Origin: Macrostomum hystrix
Taxonomy: Eukaryota; Animalia; Platyhelminthes
Length of the DNA: 64,000 bases
Reading direction: 5' to 3'
Assembly: GCA_950097015.1 (NCBI GenBank)
Contig: CATNEN010000038.1
Coordinates: 33,914,001 to 33,978,000 of the forward strand
The notes below the pieces were generated by a model. It was not told where the DNA came from. It was given only the letters and a program-made list of their open reading frames with translations, and made no database searches. This document shows positions 35,916 to 48,312 of the stretch, piece after piece. A program made the translations under genes and the position numbers. Each line of letters starts with the position of its first letter. Position 1 is the stretch's first letter.

Positions 35916-36204
35916 GGGAAAGGAAAATTTTCTGGCAGGTAACGAAGGTGACGGGAGAAAGTATATTTTTTAAGGAAAATCACGGACGTAAAATATAAAA
36001 TATTTGCACCAACAATGACTTCTATTAACAGTAGAAGGACTGTGGCGAATTTCAAAAACCCATATTTCCCATTTTCTTCCCAAATTTTTCGCTCTATCCG
36101 ATGAAACAGCTTCAAAAATCTCAGAAAACAGCAATATAGGCATAACTATTGCAATATTGAACCAATATGGATTCGCTGAAGAGGTTTATGCGGAGCAATG
36201 TTAG

Positions 36205-36345
36205 GTGTCCTTGTCACCGGGGTCTTCGACATGAGTCGCTGAATATCTCGACGATGCTGACGTGGACGTCCATGGACGCTCGAAGTGGACTTTGACGGTT
36301 TGGGAGCAATCGTGAAGTAGGCAGTGGGTATTTGAAATACCCACG
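36205..36345 (+). repeat. Interspersed repeat family C, copy 2
   Basis: Aligns by eye to 11549-11790 with internal deletions. Confidence 0.8.
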
Positions 36346-36759
36346 TGGTCTTCCCCAGGGGAAAAACAGCATGGTCTTTCTATTGTTAATATACCAAACC
36401 ACAGTAGAAGCAATTCGTTTCCTGCGTTCTTGTAGAGACACATAAAGCAGTTTACTGCTATGTTATTACGTCATCGCAAGCGGCATTCAGTTTTGAGAAA
36501 GAATATGTGTAAACACAAGAAAAATATTGCGATTTCCGATTTTCGGACTAAATTATTTACCGCTGAGGCGGCTCCCACAGTTGCAGTTGCTGCCCGCTGC
36601 AACAATTGTTGTTTTTTGTTTGCTATTTTTCACAACTTTGGCTTAAAGTAAGTCTTTGTTTTAGAAATACAATATATAGTTTCTTATATTAAACTAACAA
36701 GAAGTCACTTCTAAAAGTCTCTACACGTACTAAATCTTAGCCTAAAAGGTACACGAAAT

Positions 36760-37005
36760 GCTGACCTAAAACAGATCCTAAATATACATATAAAAACTGA
36801 CCCAAAATTCTGAACTTAAACTGACCAAAATCCTGGACTTAAACTGACCAAAATCCTGGACTTAAACTGACCAAAATCCTGAACTAAAACTGACCTAAAA
36901 TCCTGAACTAAAACTGACCTAAAATCCTGAACTAAAACTGACCTAAAATCCTGAACTAAAACTGACCTAAAATCCTGAACTAAAAATGACCTAAAATCCT
37001 GAAAC
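36760..37005. repeat. 24-bp minisatellite (AAAACTGACCTAAAATCCTGAACT)
   Basis: Tandem units read directly. Confidence 0.92.
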
Positions 37006-37046
37006 AAAACAGAGAAGGAAGCAGAAAAGCAAGAGACAAAATTCAC

Positions 37047-37795
37047 CTCTTATCGTCGCCCGACATTCGAACGGCGCCGCCGACAATGCCGACGCCACTG
37101 TCGACTCCGGGTCCGTCGCCGTCGCCGTTAAGCTGCAACGGCGGCGAGTTGCGACCGTCGGCTCGCTCAGATTCCGAATGCTCCTCGCCGTGAATGACAG
37201 CCAGCGGTAGTCGGAGCCGCTCCGAATAAGACGTGGCCCGCTGCATCGCGGCCGCATTTCTGGCCACAATGACCGCATTGCGATAATCCGACACATTGCT
37301 AGTGATGTACTGAATTAAGAATGAGGAGGCCCTCAGATTGTCAATTGGCACATTGTAGAAGCCTTGAATCTCTTTCTTATGCAAATCGATTGTGATCATT
37401 CGATTAAGGCCGGTGCGACAGAACAGGGTGGCCAATAATCGGCTTACAATGGCGCCGCGTTTTCTCATCTTACTCTGCTTACAGTAGGGCAGGTAGGGCA
37501 TGACCACGTTAATTGTGCGCGCGTCCGAGGTCTTGCAGGCGTACATCATAACTAGCAGTTCCATGATGTCGTTGTTGACATTCTTGGAGCCAGTCTGGAT
37601 GATGTACACGTCGCGACTGCGCACAGTTTCGTGAATTTCGACGCCAGTCTCGCGATTGGTCTTGGGCCCGACAGACACGCTGCCTAGGGGCACTGATAAG
37701 TACTTGGCGACTAGTTTAGCGAATTCCGGATGCGAATTGCCAGCTAATAGTACCATGCCCTTGCTGGGCAGGCTCTGGGCTATGCCTTGATTCAT
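37047..37795 (-). CDS. PRPSAP2: PRPP synthase-associated protein (PRPSAP1/2 co-orthologue), first large exon; model about 397 aa
   Basis: NRETGVEIHETVR, PYLPYCKQSKMRKRGAI, DLHKKEIQGF and the PRPSAP-specific VIHGE...DGRNSPP insertion; donor GTGAAT at 37046, phase 2. Confidence 0.95.
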
Positions 37796-38987
37796 TGCCG
37801 GCTTTGCTTCGCTACTGATTGATAACTGCTGATTGGGCCGCGGCTCGGAACTCGTCTGGAATTCGTTTCATTTGTTTGATTGGCAATTAAATAGCGTTAA
37901 AAGAACTTACCACGTTAACTTTCGATAATAAATTAACTTTCGATAATAAGTTACCTACAGTTAAAAAGTAACTTTCTTTAAAAAAGTAACTTAAGATTAG
38001 AAATCAACTTTCGTTAAAAAATAAACTTACGTTTAAAATACTTTTCGTTAATAGATAAAAAATAAACTTACGTTTAAAATACTTTTCGTTAATAGATAAA
38101 AAATAAACTTTCGTTACTAAACAAACTATCGTTAAACAAGTAACTTTCGTTAATAGTTACTTCCGTTGCTAAATTAAATTTCGTAAGAAAGTACATTTCG
38201 TTTAAAAATTAACTGACGTTACTTAATTAACTTTCGTTAATAAACTTAAATTTTTTAATAAAAATATACGAGTTAATAAAAAAGGATTTGTTAATTAGTT
38301 TCGTTAACAAGTTAAATAAGTTAAACTTATTCAAGACTTAACCTAAAGTCATACGATTGGTCCATAGAAAAAAATAACAAGTCTAAAAAGGTCTTTGTCA
38401 ACAGCCAGAAAAAAGGTATATAAACATCATAAATATATGTACTTGTCATTTAAAAAAAGTATATATTTACCATCTTGTGAAAACAGAAAAGCGTCATTGT
38501 GCAGAAAATCAAATTGCTATATTATTAACATAATATTTAAGTAGACGAATGAATATAAAATAAAGAATAGATAGAACCGAAACCAACGATATCACACACA
38601 CACACTACTAACAGTAGAAAGAAAATGCTTTGTAAAGGAATAAAAATTCAACCACACAAATTGCGAATATTAAACGAGGAAAACGACTGTGCGCCTAAGA
38701 GTAAAATTAGAAGTAGCAGAAAAACCAGTAAAGAGTTATGGCTCATAAAATATGGCAGGTTTAAAATAGTGTGTATTCTCGACTTTTCATTATTTGCCAT
38801 CGGTTAAAAATAAGAGTATTACAATACAAATCGCTTTAAACGGAAAGGAAGTAACGGGAAAGCCAACTAGCGAAAAATCGGAACATATGTAACGATTTAA
38901 AAATATTTAACGCTAAATAGTTACTTTTTCGTTTCTACTTGAATCTTTTCTAATAAGAAGAATCTCGAAAAGCAAAAATATTCCCAC

Positions 38988-39251
38988 TTATGCTTGTTTT
39001 AGATATCCTTGCCGAACAATGGACTTATATTGGTCCGGTATCTCCATTAGGCAGTGCAGGGCCAAAGACTGCTCAGGATTTTTTGCCTTCGCTGTCACTC
39101 GGTGATAATCGACGAATTGAAAATTGTCGAATTTTCTGCGCACAAGGCTGTCATCGAATTCGCACATGTCGTGAAAGGGTCCATCCCCGACGCCGATGAC
39201 AACGATGCTGAGTGGGTGGTCACTAGCGTCTACGATGGCATCAATGCTGTC
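38988..39251 (-). CDS. Copine-type vWA domain protein, last exon; absent from the ORF track
   Basis: DSIDAIVDASDHPLSIVVIGVGDGPF..M.EFDD.L..RKFDNFQFV...ALHCLMEIPDQYK*; acceptor ccgcag| phase 0. Confidence 0.93.
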   Translation of the reverse strand, partial: DSIDAIVDASDHPLSIVVIGVGDGPFHDMCEFDDSLVRRKFDNFQFVDYHRVTAKAKNPEQSLALHCLMEIPDQYKSIVRQGYLKQA

Positions 39252-39269
39252 CTGCGGTGGTCATGTTAT

Positions 39270-40050
39270 GTCAGGTAACAATGGGCCAGGCTTTGAGTGT
39301 CGGGTTTTAATGGGCCAGGCTTTGAGTGTCAGGTTATAATGAGTCAGGCTTTGTGTGTCAGGTTATAATGAGTCAGGCTTTGTGTGTCAGGTTATAATGA
39401 GTCAGGCTTTGTGTGTCAGGTTATAATGGGTCAGGCTTTGTGTGTCAGGTTATAATGGGTCAGGCTTTGAGCGTCAGGTTTTAATGGGTCAGGCTTTGAG
39501 TGTCAGGTTATAATGAGTCAGGCTTTGTGTGTCAGGTTATAATGAGTCAGGCTTTGTGTGTCAGGTTATAATGGGTCAGGCTTTGTGTGTCAGGTTATAA
39601 TGGGTCAGGCTTTGAGCGTCAGGTTTTAATGGGTCAGGCTTTGAGTGTCAGGTTATAATGAGTCAGGCTTTGTGTGTCAGGTTATAATGAGTCAGGCTTT
39701 GTGTGTCAGGTTATAATGAGTCAGGCTTTGAGTGTCAGGTTATAATGGGTCAGGCTTTGAGTGTCAGGTTTTAATGGGTCAGGCTTTGTGTGTCAGGTAA
39801 TAATGGCTCAGGCTTTGAGGTGTCAAGTTATAATGGGTCAGGCTTTGATGAAGCTCTAATGAACCGGTTTCTAATAGGTCAGGCCCTAATGAGTCGGGTT
39901 CTGATTTGTCAGGCCCTAATGAGTCGGGTTCTGATTGGTCAGGCCCCAATGAGTCGGGTTCTGATTGGTCAGGCCCAAATGAGTCGGGTTCTGATTGGTC
40001 AGGCCCTAATGAGTCGGGTTCTGATTGGTCAGGCCCCAATGAGTCGGGTA
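39270..40050. repeat. Compound minisatellite: 29-bp (GTCAGGTTATAATGAGTCAGGCTTTGTGT) then 30-bp (GTCAGGCCCTAATGAGTCGGGTTCTGATTG)
   Basis: Fills almost all of copine-gene intron 2. Confidence 0.95.
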
Positions 40051-40077
40051 TCTATAGGATCTAACAACGAATCTTAC

Positions 40078-40491
40078 CTGCGGATTGCCGCTCAGCTGTC
40101 CGTCAGTGACAATCACCAGGACATGGTAGGTATTGCCAGACTGCAGCACCACGTCAACACTGCGCCTGATCACGCCGGACAGGTCGGTGGGTCCGCCGAG
40201 TGGAACGGAGGCAGCCAGCTTATTGTAGGCTGTCAGCAGGTCGCGAAGGCTGCGAAACTGAGACCTACCGGTGAACTGGGCGATGCCGCATTCGCTAACA
40301 AGGTTAAACACCGATGAGGCCGGAGCTCCGGGCGCCGACGGATCGTGACCGAAGCCCAGACCGTACACACCGGCGCCCGGAGGTAGAAACGCTGTCAAAG
40401 TCTGGTCTAGAACGCCGATGACCTTCTGATAGGGATTCCATTGTTTGCTAACTGAGGAGCCGAGAATGCCGGTCACTGCGGTGGTTGTGAC
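40078..40491 (-). CDS. Copine-type vWA domain protein, exon 2
   Basis: NPYQKVIGVL, YGLGFG, LGGPTDLSGVI and YHVLVIVTDGQ motifs; acceptor gtcag| and donor CAG|GTAAGA, phase 0/0. Confidence 0.93.
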
Positions 40492-40554
40492 CTGACGGGG
40501 ATTAGTAGCATTTAATGGATTTTATGTTGTGGACATTTAGCGCATAAAATGGTG

Positions 40555-40772
40555 ACAGTAGACCCGCAGCCATTCTGCGAGGCGATTCTGCCCATTCCGC
40601 TGACTCCTGAACACACAAGCACTCATATCTGGGAATATATCTGCCCTGACTTTCTCAGTGTACAGTGTACAGTGAGGCAGTGTACACTCTTGATTGGCCT
40701 TTAAGGGCGTAAATTGCGGCCTCGCCGCGAAATCGAGCTCAGGGACCTTGGTGCGAGAGGCAGACGCGTTAA
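40555..40772 (-). mobile_element. tRNA-derived SINE family B, copy 2
   Basis: Reverse complement matches AACGCGTCTG...CCAAGGTCCCTGAGCTCGATT and CAGGAGTCAGCG...GGGCAGAAT of the other copies. Confidence 0.8.
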
Positions 40773-40814
40773 CAGTAGAAAGAGCACGCTATTCCCCCAC
40801 CGAGGAAAGACCAA

Positions 40815-41010
40815 GGGGTTATTCCAAATAACCTCCGCTTAATTCACAATAGCACGCAAAACGAATGACTGGTTTTCGTCAAAGTCCACTCAAAATATAT
40901 CGAAATTCTCTGCTCTTCACGATGAACTAACTTTCAAAGTCGTCCAACGTCAGCATCGTTGAGATATTCAGAGATCAAATCTTGTCGAAGACTCTTGTGA
41001 CAAGGACATC
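40815..41010 (-). repeat. Interspersed repeat family C, copy 3 (a further + strand fragment lies at 41119-41156)
   Basis: Reverse complement aligns to 11549-11790. Confidence 0.8.
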
Positions 41011-41587
41011 AATAAAATCAAAACAATATGGACAACAATGATAGCCGACATGGTTAGACGATGCAGTTTTGTGAACAGAAAAATTATGCTTATATTGGTG
41101 GTTATTGAAACCAGACACCTCGACGAGAATCGTTGAATATCTCGACGATGCCGATGTTTTGTGATACTGAAAGGTGTTTCATTGAATTGAGTGATCTATC
41201 TCTATCTATTTGCAGGGGGGCCCGGGGCACTTGTCGCACAAGCGACGGAGCGGCACGCCCCGCAAGGTCTCACGCCCCAGCGCCAACGCACACAACTCAC
41301 ACAACGCAGAACAGGCACACAGAAGGTAGGAGCGAAGCTATTATTTCAAGCTTTGATTGCACGAAATATGGTGCACCTCCGCCGGTCGCTACTGTCCAAA
41401 CCCCCCAACAAGTCCCGAAATTAATCGTGACTTGAAGGGTGAATCGAACTAGCGTCCTTTGGAGTGCGAGGCAGCGACGTTAGCCGCTGACCCACTCGCC
41501 CCCGAATTGAGTGATACTACCTGGTCTTTCTACTGTTAATCACTCATCCCCCTGAAGACTTCAGAAATTTTGTAAGAAACGACACAC

Positions 41588-42178
41588 CTTGTGCAACGGC
41601 TTGCCATGAAAGGTACGCCTGCCCTGCCATTCGTTAGAGGCAGAAAAATCCACGGCCACAATTAAATTAAAGGACTCAAGTTGAGTAGCTCGGCAAGCTT
41701 CAACAATCTCCTGGAAGGTGCCAAATCTGTCAGTGATAGCTTGGAATTGTAGAAAATCATCGCAAGTGACGCCCAGCGTGGCGAATAGAGCATTATCCGG
41801 ACGCAGGCGTCGATCGCTAATATTGGATTGATTTTTTCTACCGCCAGATTTGGATCGATTAGTCTCAGCCCTGCGCTCCTGGCGCGGATCGTAGCTCCAA
41901 TATAAAAGTACAAGGCCAACAACAGCAGCCAAATAAGTGGCCAGACTCCAGGCTGCCGATAGTTTCAATACGGCGGCGCTGATTGCCACAATGCTGGCCG
42001 CTTGCCAAACTAATTTAGCTCGGGCGCTGCCACCGCTGCCGCCGACCAATTGGTTGCCAAGGTTAAGAGTTTTCTCATTAGCCGGCACTGGCGCCGAGTC
42101 AGACTGGTTGGTGATTATTTCGTCCGCGATTGATTCATTCGATTGGACTATCGGTGTGTCGATTGGCGAAGTTGACAT
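41588..42178 (-). CDS. Copine-type vWA domain protein with N-terminal TM segment(s) and no C2 domains, exon 1; model about 422 aa
   Basis: Hydrophobic stretch, then DRFGTFQEIVEA...LESFNLIVAVDFSASNEWQG..TF.GKPLH; donor AAG|GTGTGT phase 0. Confidence 0.92.
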
Positions 42179-42327
42179 ATTAACTCGCTACTTCGCTCCT
42201 TCAGTTTTTTTATTAGAATAATCTTTTTCGGATGCTGTAAACTCTGCAATCAGAAATGCCAAAAAATGCCAAATCATCTTCAAGCAGCGTACACTCTCAC
42301 TGCACATCAAGATAATAATAAAGCTAC

Positions 42328-42523
42328 GGAGGTTGTAGCCTTGTGGTTAGAGCGTTGGACTCACGACTTGAAGGTCGGAGGTTCGATTCCTGACTCCACT
42401 GGAACAATTTGTGTACTTTAGCAAGACACTAAACTTTGCATTGCTACAGTTAAGCCAGCTGTTAAATGGGCAATAGCCGCGGCTGTGCTGTCGGCTGCAC
42501 ATTTGTCCCAATTAGGGCAGGTT
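42328..42523 (+). mobile_element. tRNA-derived SINE family A, copy lacking the middle segment
   Basis: GGAGGTTGTAGCCTTGTGGTTAGAGCG...GGTTCGATTCCTGACTCC head, CORE-like segment and 3' segment shared with 9285-9582. Confidence 0.8.
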
Positions 42524-43124
42524 ATTTCAAATATGTTTTAACTCTAGGATAATAAAGAACTGCAACTACAAACATAAATGGCTGATTGACAGCTATACTT
42601 GGTTTTTTGTTCATTAAGTTTATTTCCAACTCCTAATAGCCGATAGTAAACTAATAAACGAGAGTATTTACGAGATAGATAAAAACATTTTTAGTAAAGC
42701 CTAAAAAACATGTAGACAGAAAAAAACGACACACTAAATCTAAGGAATTGGTTTGTAACCATTTCTAACACTGGACGGAAACAAAGAATGACTACTGACT
42801 TAGAAATTAAGAAGTGTAAGAAGTGACAAGGAAATAATTATATAAATGTTTCACAAGTAAAATATCAGTTCCTGTCGAATTGTCAAATTATTGAAAGATT
42901 AAAATAAACAACTAGAATATAAAGATAGCTTGCAATGTCTAAGAAATATCGAAATTTTCAATATTGGAATGTTTTGCTTGATTCAGTAATTAAATTGTTT
43001 ACAAATACACAAAAAAGCAAATCGAAATGCCGGAGAAATCTATAAAGCTGTTTTATAAAAAGCCTATTTATTAAATTTATTAAGTCACTTTTGTTGCATA
43101 ATTCAGGGTGCCGAACTAAGGAGT

Positions 43125-43870
43125 GTAGGATTTGTGTGGTAGCCTGTAGGATTTGAGGCGTAGGATTTATGTAGTAGGATTTGAGGTGTGGGATTTATGT
43201 AGTAGAATTTGAGGTGTGGGATTTATGTGGTAGAATTTGAGGTGGGGGATTTGTGTGGTAGAATTTGAGGTGTGGGATTGATGTGGTAGGATTTGAGGTC
43301 TGGGATTTATGTAGTAGGATTTGAGGTGTGGGATTGATGTAGTAGGATTTGAGGTGTGGGATTTATGTAGTAGGATTTGAGGTGTGGGATTTGTGTGGAA
43401 GGATTTGAGGTGCGGGATTTGTGTGGTAGGATTTGAGGTGCGGGATTTGTGTGGAAGGATTTGAGGTGTGAGATTTGTGTGGTAGGATTTAAGGTGCGGG
43501 ATTTGTGTGGAAGGATCTGAGGTGTGGGATTTGTGTGGAAGGATCTGAGGTGTGGGATTTGTGTGGAAGGATTTGAGGTGCGCGATTTGTGTGGAAGGAT
43601 TTAAGGTGCGGGATTTGTGTGGAAGGATTTGAGGTGCGGGATTTGTGTGGTAGGATTTGAGATGTGGGATTTGTGTGGAAGGATTTGAGGTGCGGGATTT
43701 GTGTGGTAGGATTTGAGGTGCGGGATTTGTGTGGTAGGATTTGAGGTGCGGGATTTGTGTGGTAGGATTTGAGGTGCGGGATTTGTGTGGAAGGATTTGA
43801 GGTGCGGGATTTGTGTGGAAGGATTTGAGGTGCGGGATTTATGTGGTAGGATTTGAGGTGTGGGATTTGT
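43125..43870. repeat. 28-bp minisatellite (GGATTTGAGGTGCGGGATTTGTGTGGTA)
   Basis: Tandem units read directly. Confidence 0.95.
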
Positions 43871-44357
43871 GTGTTAGGACGGTTCTTGTATGCGTAAGAA
43901 GTCACTCATTTTAATATTTTAAACACTTTAAGATAATATATATTAACTTAATTGTATATAAAACGTTTGTCAAGTTTGGTTGCAATTAAAAAAATTAAAT
44001 TAGGTCAGAAAAAATTGAAAGAATGTTAAGGATAAGCGCATCTTTAGGTCAAGTTAATCGTCAGAATGATACTTTGCAAAGTTTGTCAGAAGGCAGATCA
44101 CTGATCCTTAGTATTGGTCCGAAATTGTTTTCCGACTGCTCTCAAAGACTGAAATAAAAAATTAAAAGCTTTGGATTTTATAAGCACCAACAGAGCTGAT
44201 TAGCGCATATGTGATATTTACTAATCCTACTAGAGATGGATATTAGAAGATTTATGCAATAAGAATTAAGCTAACCAATGTTACACGCTTATATAATATA
44301 ATCACATTAATAAAGTTTGTACATAGACGTGAATTAGCGACTTTCTGAATTATTTAT

Positions 44358-44810
44358 GATCTGGGGTGGGGATTATTAACAACAAAATGATTATTGATAA
44401 TCTGGGGATCAGTGATAATCTGGGGATCATTGATAATCTGGGGATCAGTGATAATCAGGGGATTATTGACAAACTGGAGATCATGAATGATCTGGGATCA
44501 TTGATAATCTGGAGATCATTGATAATCTGGGATCATTGATAATCTGGGATCATTGATAATCTGGAGATCAATGATAATCTGGGGATCATTGATAATCTGG
44601 GATCATTGATAATCTGGGGATCATTGATAATCTGGGATCATTGATAATCTGGGGATCATTGATAATGTTGAGAATGCTGATCATTGATAATCTGGGATCA
44701 TTGATAATCTGGGATCATTGATAATCTGGGGATCATTGATAATGTGGGGATAATCTGGGGATCATTGATAATGTTGAGAATGCTGATCATTGATAATCTG
44801 GGGATCATAA
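44358..44810. repeat. 17-18-bp minisatellite (GATAATCTGGGGATCATT)
   Basis: Tandem units read directly. Confidence 0.92.
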
Positions 44811-45136
44811 ACAATGTCGGGATAATGAGCGATTCCAGTGGCATAGAAACAATTAGTGATAAATACGACAGCTATCGACCACGTACAGCAAAGCTGACAA
44901 ATATCATTGCTTTATTTAATACAACAATTATTCTCATAAAAGCTTGAGTACACTCACAATTTAGTTTCTGTCATTTAGGAATCTGAAAGTCGAATAAAGT
45001 TAATATTTTGCGAAAAAAATCAACAAGTAGAGGGGCTGTAGCCACGTGATTAGAGCTACGAGCTCCTGCACTCAGAGGTCGCGAGTTCGAATCTTAGCGC
45101 GGGTAAAAAAAAACGTTACCAAACGCATTAAAAGTC

Positions 45137-45295
45137 TCACCATTGATCCACAGCAGCTTCTGGAATCTCGCAGCCGTCTATAATTAGTGCGTGTAACAGG
45201 CCGGTGCGTTTGTGACCGCTGGACATTGCTTTGATGTAGCAAGCGTGGCCGCCTACGTTGAAATGCGTCTCTGTGCCATCGTCTGTGAATTCTCC
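45137..45295 (-). CDS. FAIM: Fas apoptotic inhibitory molecule, exon 3 (last)
   Basis: GEFTDDGTETHFNVGGHACYIKAMSSGHKRTGLLHALIIDGCEIPE; acceptor cgccag| phase 0. Confidence 0.95.
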   Translation of the reverse strand, partial: GEFTDDGTETHFNVGGHACYIKAMSSGHKRTGLLHALIIDGCEIPEAAVDQW

Positions 45296-45349
45296 CTGGC
45301 GAAATTTCAATGATTGAGTCTAAATAGTCCACCTGGTCGGGTTCTGAGC

Positions 45350-45600
45350 AACCTAGGAATCTATAGCTACTTAGGAATCAATAGCTACTTGGGGATCTCA
45401 TTAGCTACTTAGGGATCATTAGCTAATCAGGGATCTCATTAGCTACTTCGGGGATTCTTAGCTAATTAGGGATTATTAGCTACTTAGGGATCATTAGCTA
45501 CTTAGGGATCATTAGCTACTCAGGGATCTCAATAGCTACTTCGGGGATTATAATCAGCATGGGGATCATTAGCTACTTAGGGATTATTAGCAGCGATGGG
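45350..45600. repeat. Degenerate 18-21-bp minisatellite (TAGCTACTTAGGGATCAT) in FAIM intron 2
   Basis: Tandem units read directly. Confidence 0.88.
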
Positions 45601-45656
45601 ATCATAAAAGGTGGAGGGATCGCGAGAAACCTGGGATTAGGGTAGATCCTACTTAC

Positions 45657-45929
45657 AGCAGTCTCGACCGGCTGTCCATTGACATAGACATCCAAGGTGT
45701 CTTTCTCCAGCACAACGCGGGTCATCCGGCCGTCAACAGGGCAAAGCCAGCATTTGAGCACTTTGGACTGGTTCTCAGTGAATTTCTCCAACGGTTTGCC
45801 ATTCACATACAGGCAGTATTCGTAGGCAAAGCCGCTTACAGCGTCGATGCGAATTACGCAGTGAGTGTCGTTGATTTTGAAGTCTTCCGAGCCAACTAAG
45901 CGAAACATGAATTCTTCGCGACGAATGCA
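45657..45929 (-). CDS. FAIM: Fas apoptotic inhibitory molecule, exon 2
   Basis: MFRLVGSEDF...IDAVSGFAYEY.LYVNGKPLEKF...RVVLEKDTLDVYVNG; donor GTAAGT at 45656. Confidence 0.95.
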
Positions 45930-46174
45930 CTACAATTGTGACATTGTGACAGATGAGGTTATTATGCTAGTCAGCTGGCATTTTTAGCTTAATAATTGTT
46001 AAAGTGGGCATAAGGGGATGCAATGGGAAGTTGGGAAAAGGGGAATTTTGGAGCATTGGAAGTAAGTAAATAGGGGATTTGGGTAATTTCGAGACGTTTC
46101 GTAGATAGGGATTTGTGAAGCATGATATTACGAAATAGGAAGATTTTAAGTTAAACTAAATAATCCAGACTCAC

Positions 46175-46288
46175 CCGACCATTGATGAAGATGGCCCTGC
46201 CACCAGTTGTTGTTCCGTGTTCGAATTCAACAACATAGACTTTGTCGCTCAGAGGCACCTCCCACCTGGCCACTTTGTCGCTAGGCAT
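46175..46288 (-). CDS. FAIM: Fas apoptotic inhibitory molecule, exon 1; model about 181 aa
   Basis: MPSDKVARWEVPLSDKVYVVEFEHGTTTGGRAIFINGR; donor GTGAGT phase 0. Confidence 0.95.
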
Positions 46289-46454
46289 GGCTAAATATAA
46301 TGTCTCACTCTGCTGAAGTGCAGTACAGACGGGCGGTAGAGGTCCTACGAGTAGTACGGGCTGTAAGTAGTTTGCAAATCAATTGTTGAGGGATAACACT
46401 TGTAATAACAAATGTGGGGCAAATTCTGAAATGAGCTCGTCATAGACATATTTT

Positions 46455-47025
46455 CAATGAAATCCTTGGAATGACCAGAGAGGGACAAATCCTTGGAATG
46501 ATCAAAGAAGGAAGATTTGTTATGACCAGAGAAGGATAAATCTATGGAATGATCAGAGGACAAAAATTGGAATGACTAGAGACTAGAGAGGGACAAATCC
46601 TTGAAATGACCAGAGAAGGACAAAATTGGAATGACCAGAGAAGGACAAGAATTGGAATGACCAGAGATGGACAATAATTAGAATGATCAGAGAAGGACAA
46701 TAATTGGAATGACCAGAGAAGGACAATAATTAGAATGACCAGAGAAGGACAAATTATTGAATGACCAGAAAGGGGCAAGAATTGCAATGACCAGAGAGGG
46801 ACAAATCCTTGAAATGACCAGAGGACAAAATTGGAATGACCAGAGATGGACAATAATTGCAATGACCAGAGAAGGACAAATCCTTGAAATGACCAGAGAA
46901 GGACAAAAGTTGGAATGACCAGAGAGGGACAAGAATTGGAATGACCAGAGAGGGACAATAATTAGAATGACCAGAGAAGGACAAAAGTTGGAATGACCAG
47001 AGAGGGACAAGTCTTGGAATGAGTT
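46455..47025. repeat. Degenerate ~25-28-bp minisatellite (GAATGACCAGAGAAGGACAAAATTG)
   Basis: Tandem units read directly. Confidence 0.92.
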
Positions 47026-47944
47026 CAGAGGCGAAAAATGCCTAAATAACAAAACAGCGTAACATTTATCGAGGCAGAATTTCAACTGCCTGCTCTCGAA
47101 ATTATTATTGACAGTAACACAAACAATTTGTTCAGATTGCAAATCTCGTCGGGTGTGGGGTGGGGAGCAAAGTATTAGCCAAAGTAAACAAAAGCCTTCT
47201 TAACGGGCTAGCATCAGGCAGCACTAATCGTTTTAGCTCGGAAAAAATACAATGAGAAACAAATTTACAAAGAAAATATGAAATGATAAATTTGCGCCAT
47301 CGCAGAGCTAGCTTGCAAATAAAATTAAATAACAAACAATTACCCATGTAACTTATTATTACTGAATAAAATGTTATTACTGGCATTATAAATTGTTTGG
47401 CAGAGAAAAACTATAAACTGTTAATAGTAGTAGAAAAAGGATTTTAGTTGAGAAATATATAAAAAACGCGCATAATTTTTGGAACGACAGTCACAAGTTC
47501 GAATCCTATATATTGATTGCTATTAATTGGCTAACGAAATCTAAAAGCTTTCGTTGCATGGAGAAAATGTATACACTATGCTACTGTCAAGTAATTTATA
47601 TATATAATAACATGAAAAATACTTATTTGAAAAATCAATTAAGCTCGTCTTAAACAGTTTACAAATAAATAACAGGAAACTAGTTTAACAAAAAATTATA
47701 TTTTTTTGCTCTTCAATTCTATACAAAACAAACTTGGACGCAAAACACAGCATTGACAACTTCGAATACAGAAAACACTTGCAAGGCACTAGCTTATATT
47801 AAAAGCATCACAATACTACTCATAATACTATTTAATAAGCAGTAGTTTAACTAAAAATATACTATAAATCGTAGACACAATTAATGTGCGAGGACGTGTA
47901 ATATTGAATGTTAAATAAAGCGATTTTATATGCTACTTAATGCG

Positions 47945-48312
47945 GGAAGTCAATGATGCAGGGAGTTCAATGATGCAGGGAGGTCAATGATGCAGGGAAT
48001 TCAATGATGCAGGGAGGTCAATGATGCAGGGAATTCAATGATGCAGGGAGATCAATGATGCAGGGAATTCAATGATGCAGGGAGGTCAATGATGCAGGGA
48101 ATTCAATTATGCAGGGAATTCAATGATGCAGGGAGGTCAATGATGCAGGGAATTCAATGATGCAGGGAGATCAATGATGCAGGGATGTCAATGAAGCACG
48201 GAGGTCAATGGTGCAGGGAGGTCAATGGTGCAGGGAGGTCAATGATGCAGGGAATTCAATTATGCAGGGAGGTCAATGACGCAGGGAATTCAATGATGCA
48301 GGGAGGCCAATG
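47945..48312. repeat. 17-bp minisatellite (TCAATGATGCAGGGAGG)
   Basis: Tandem units read directly. Confidence 0.95.

Noticed and set aside
45032-45105. tRNA-like sequences (also 28040-28110, 41430-41505, 42328-42400, 9510-9582)
   Set aside because: A/B boxes are present but the cloverleafs look imperfect, and some continue into shared repeat bodies; treated as SINE heads rather than tRNA genes.
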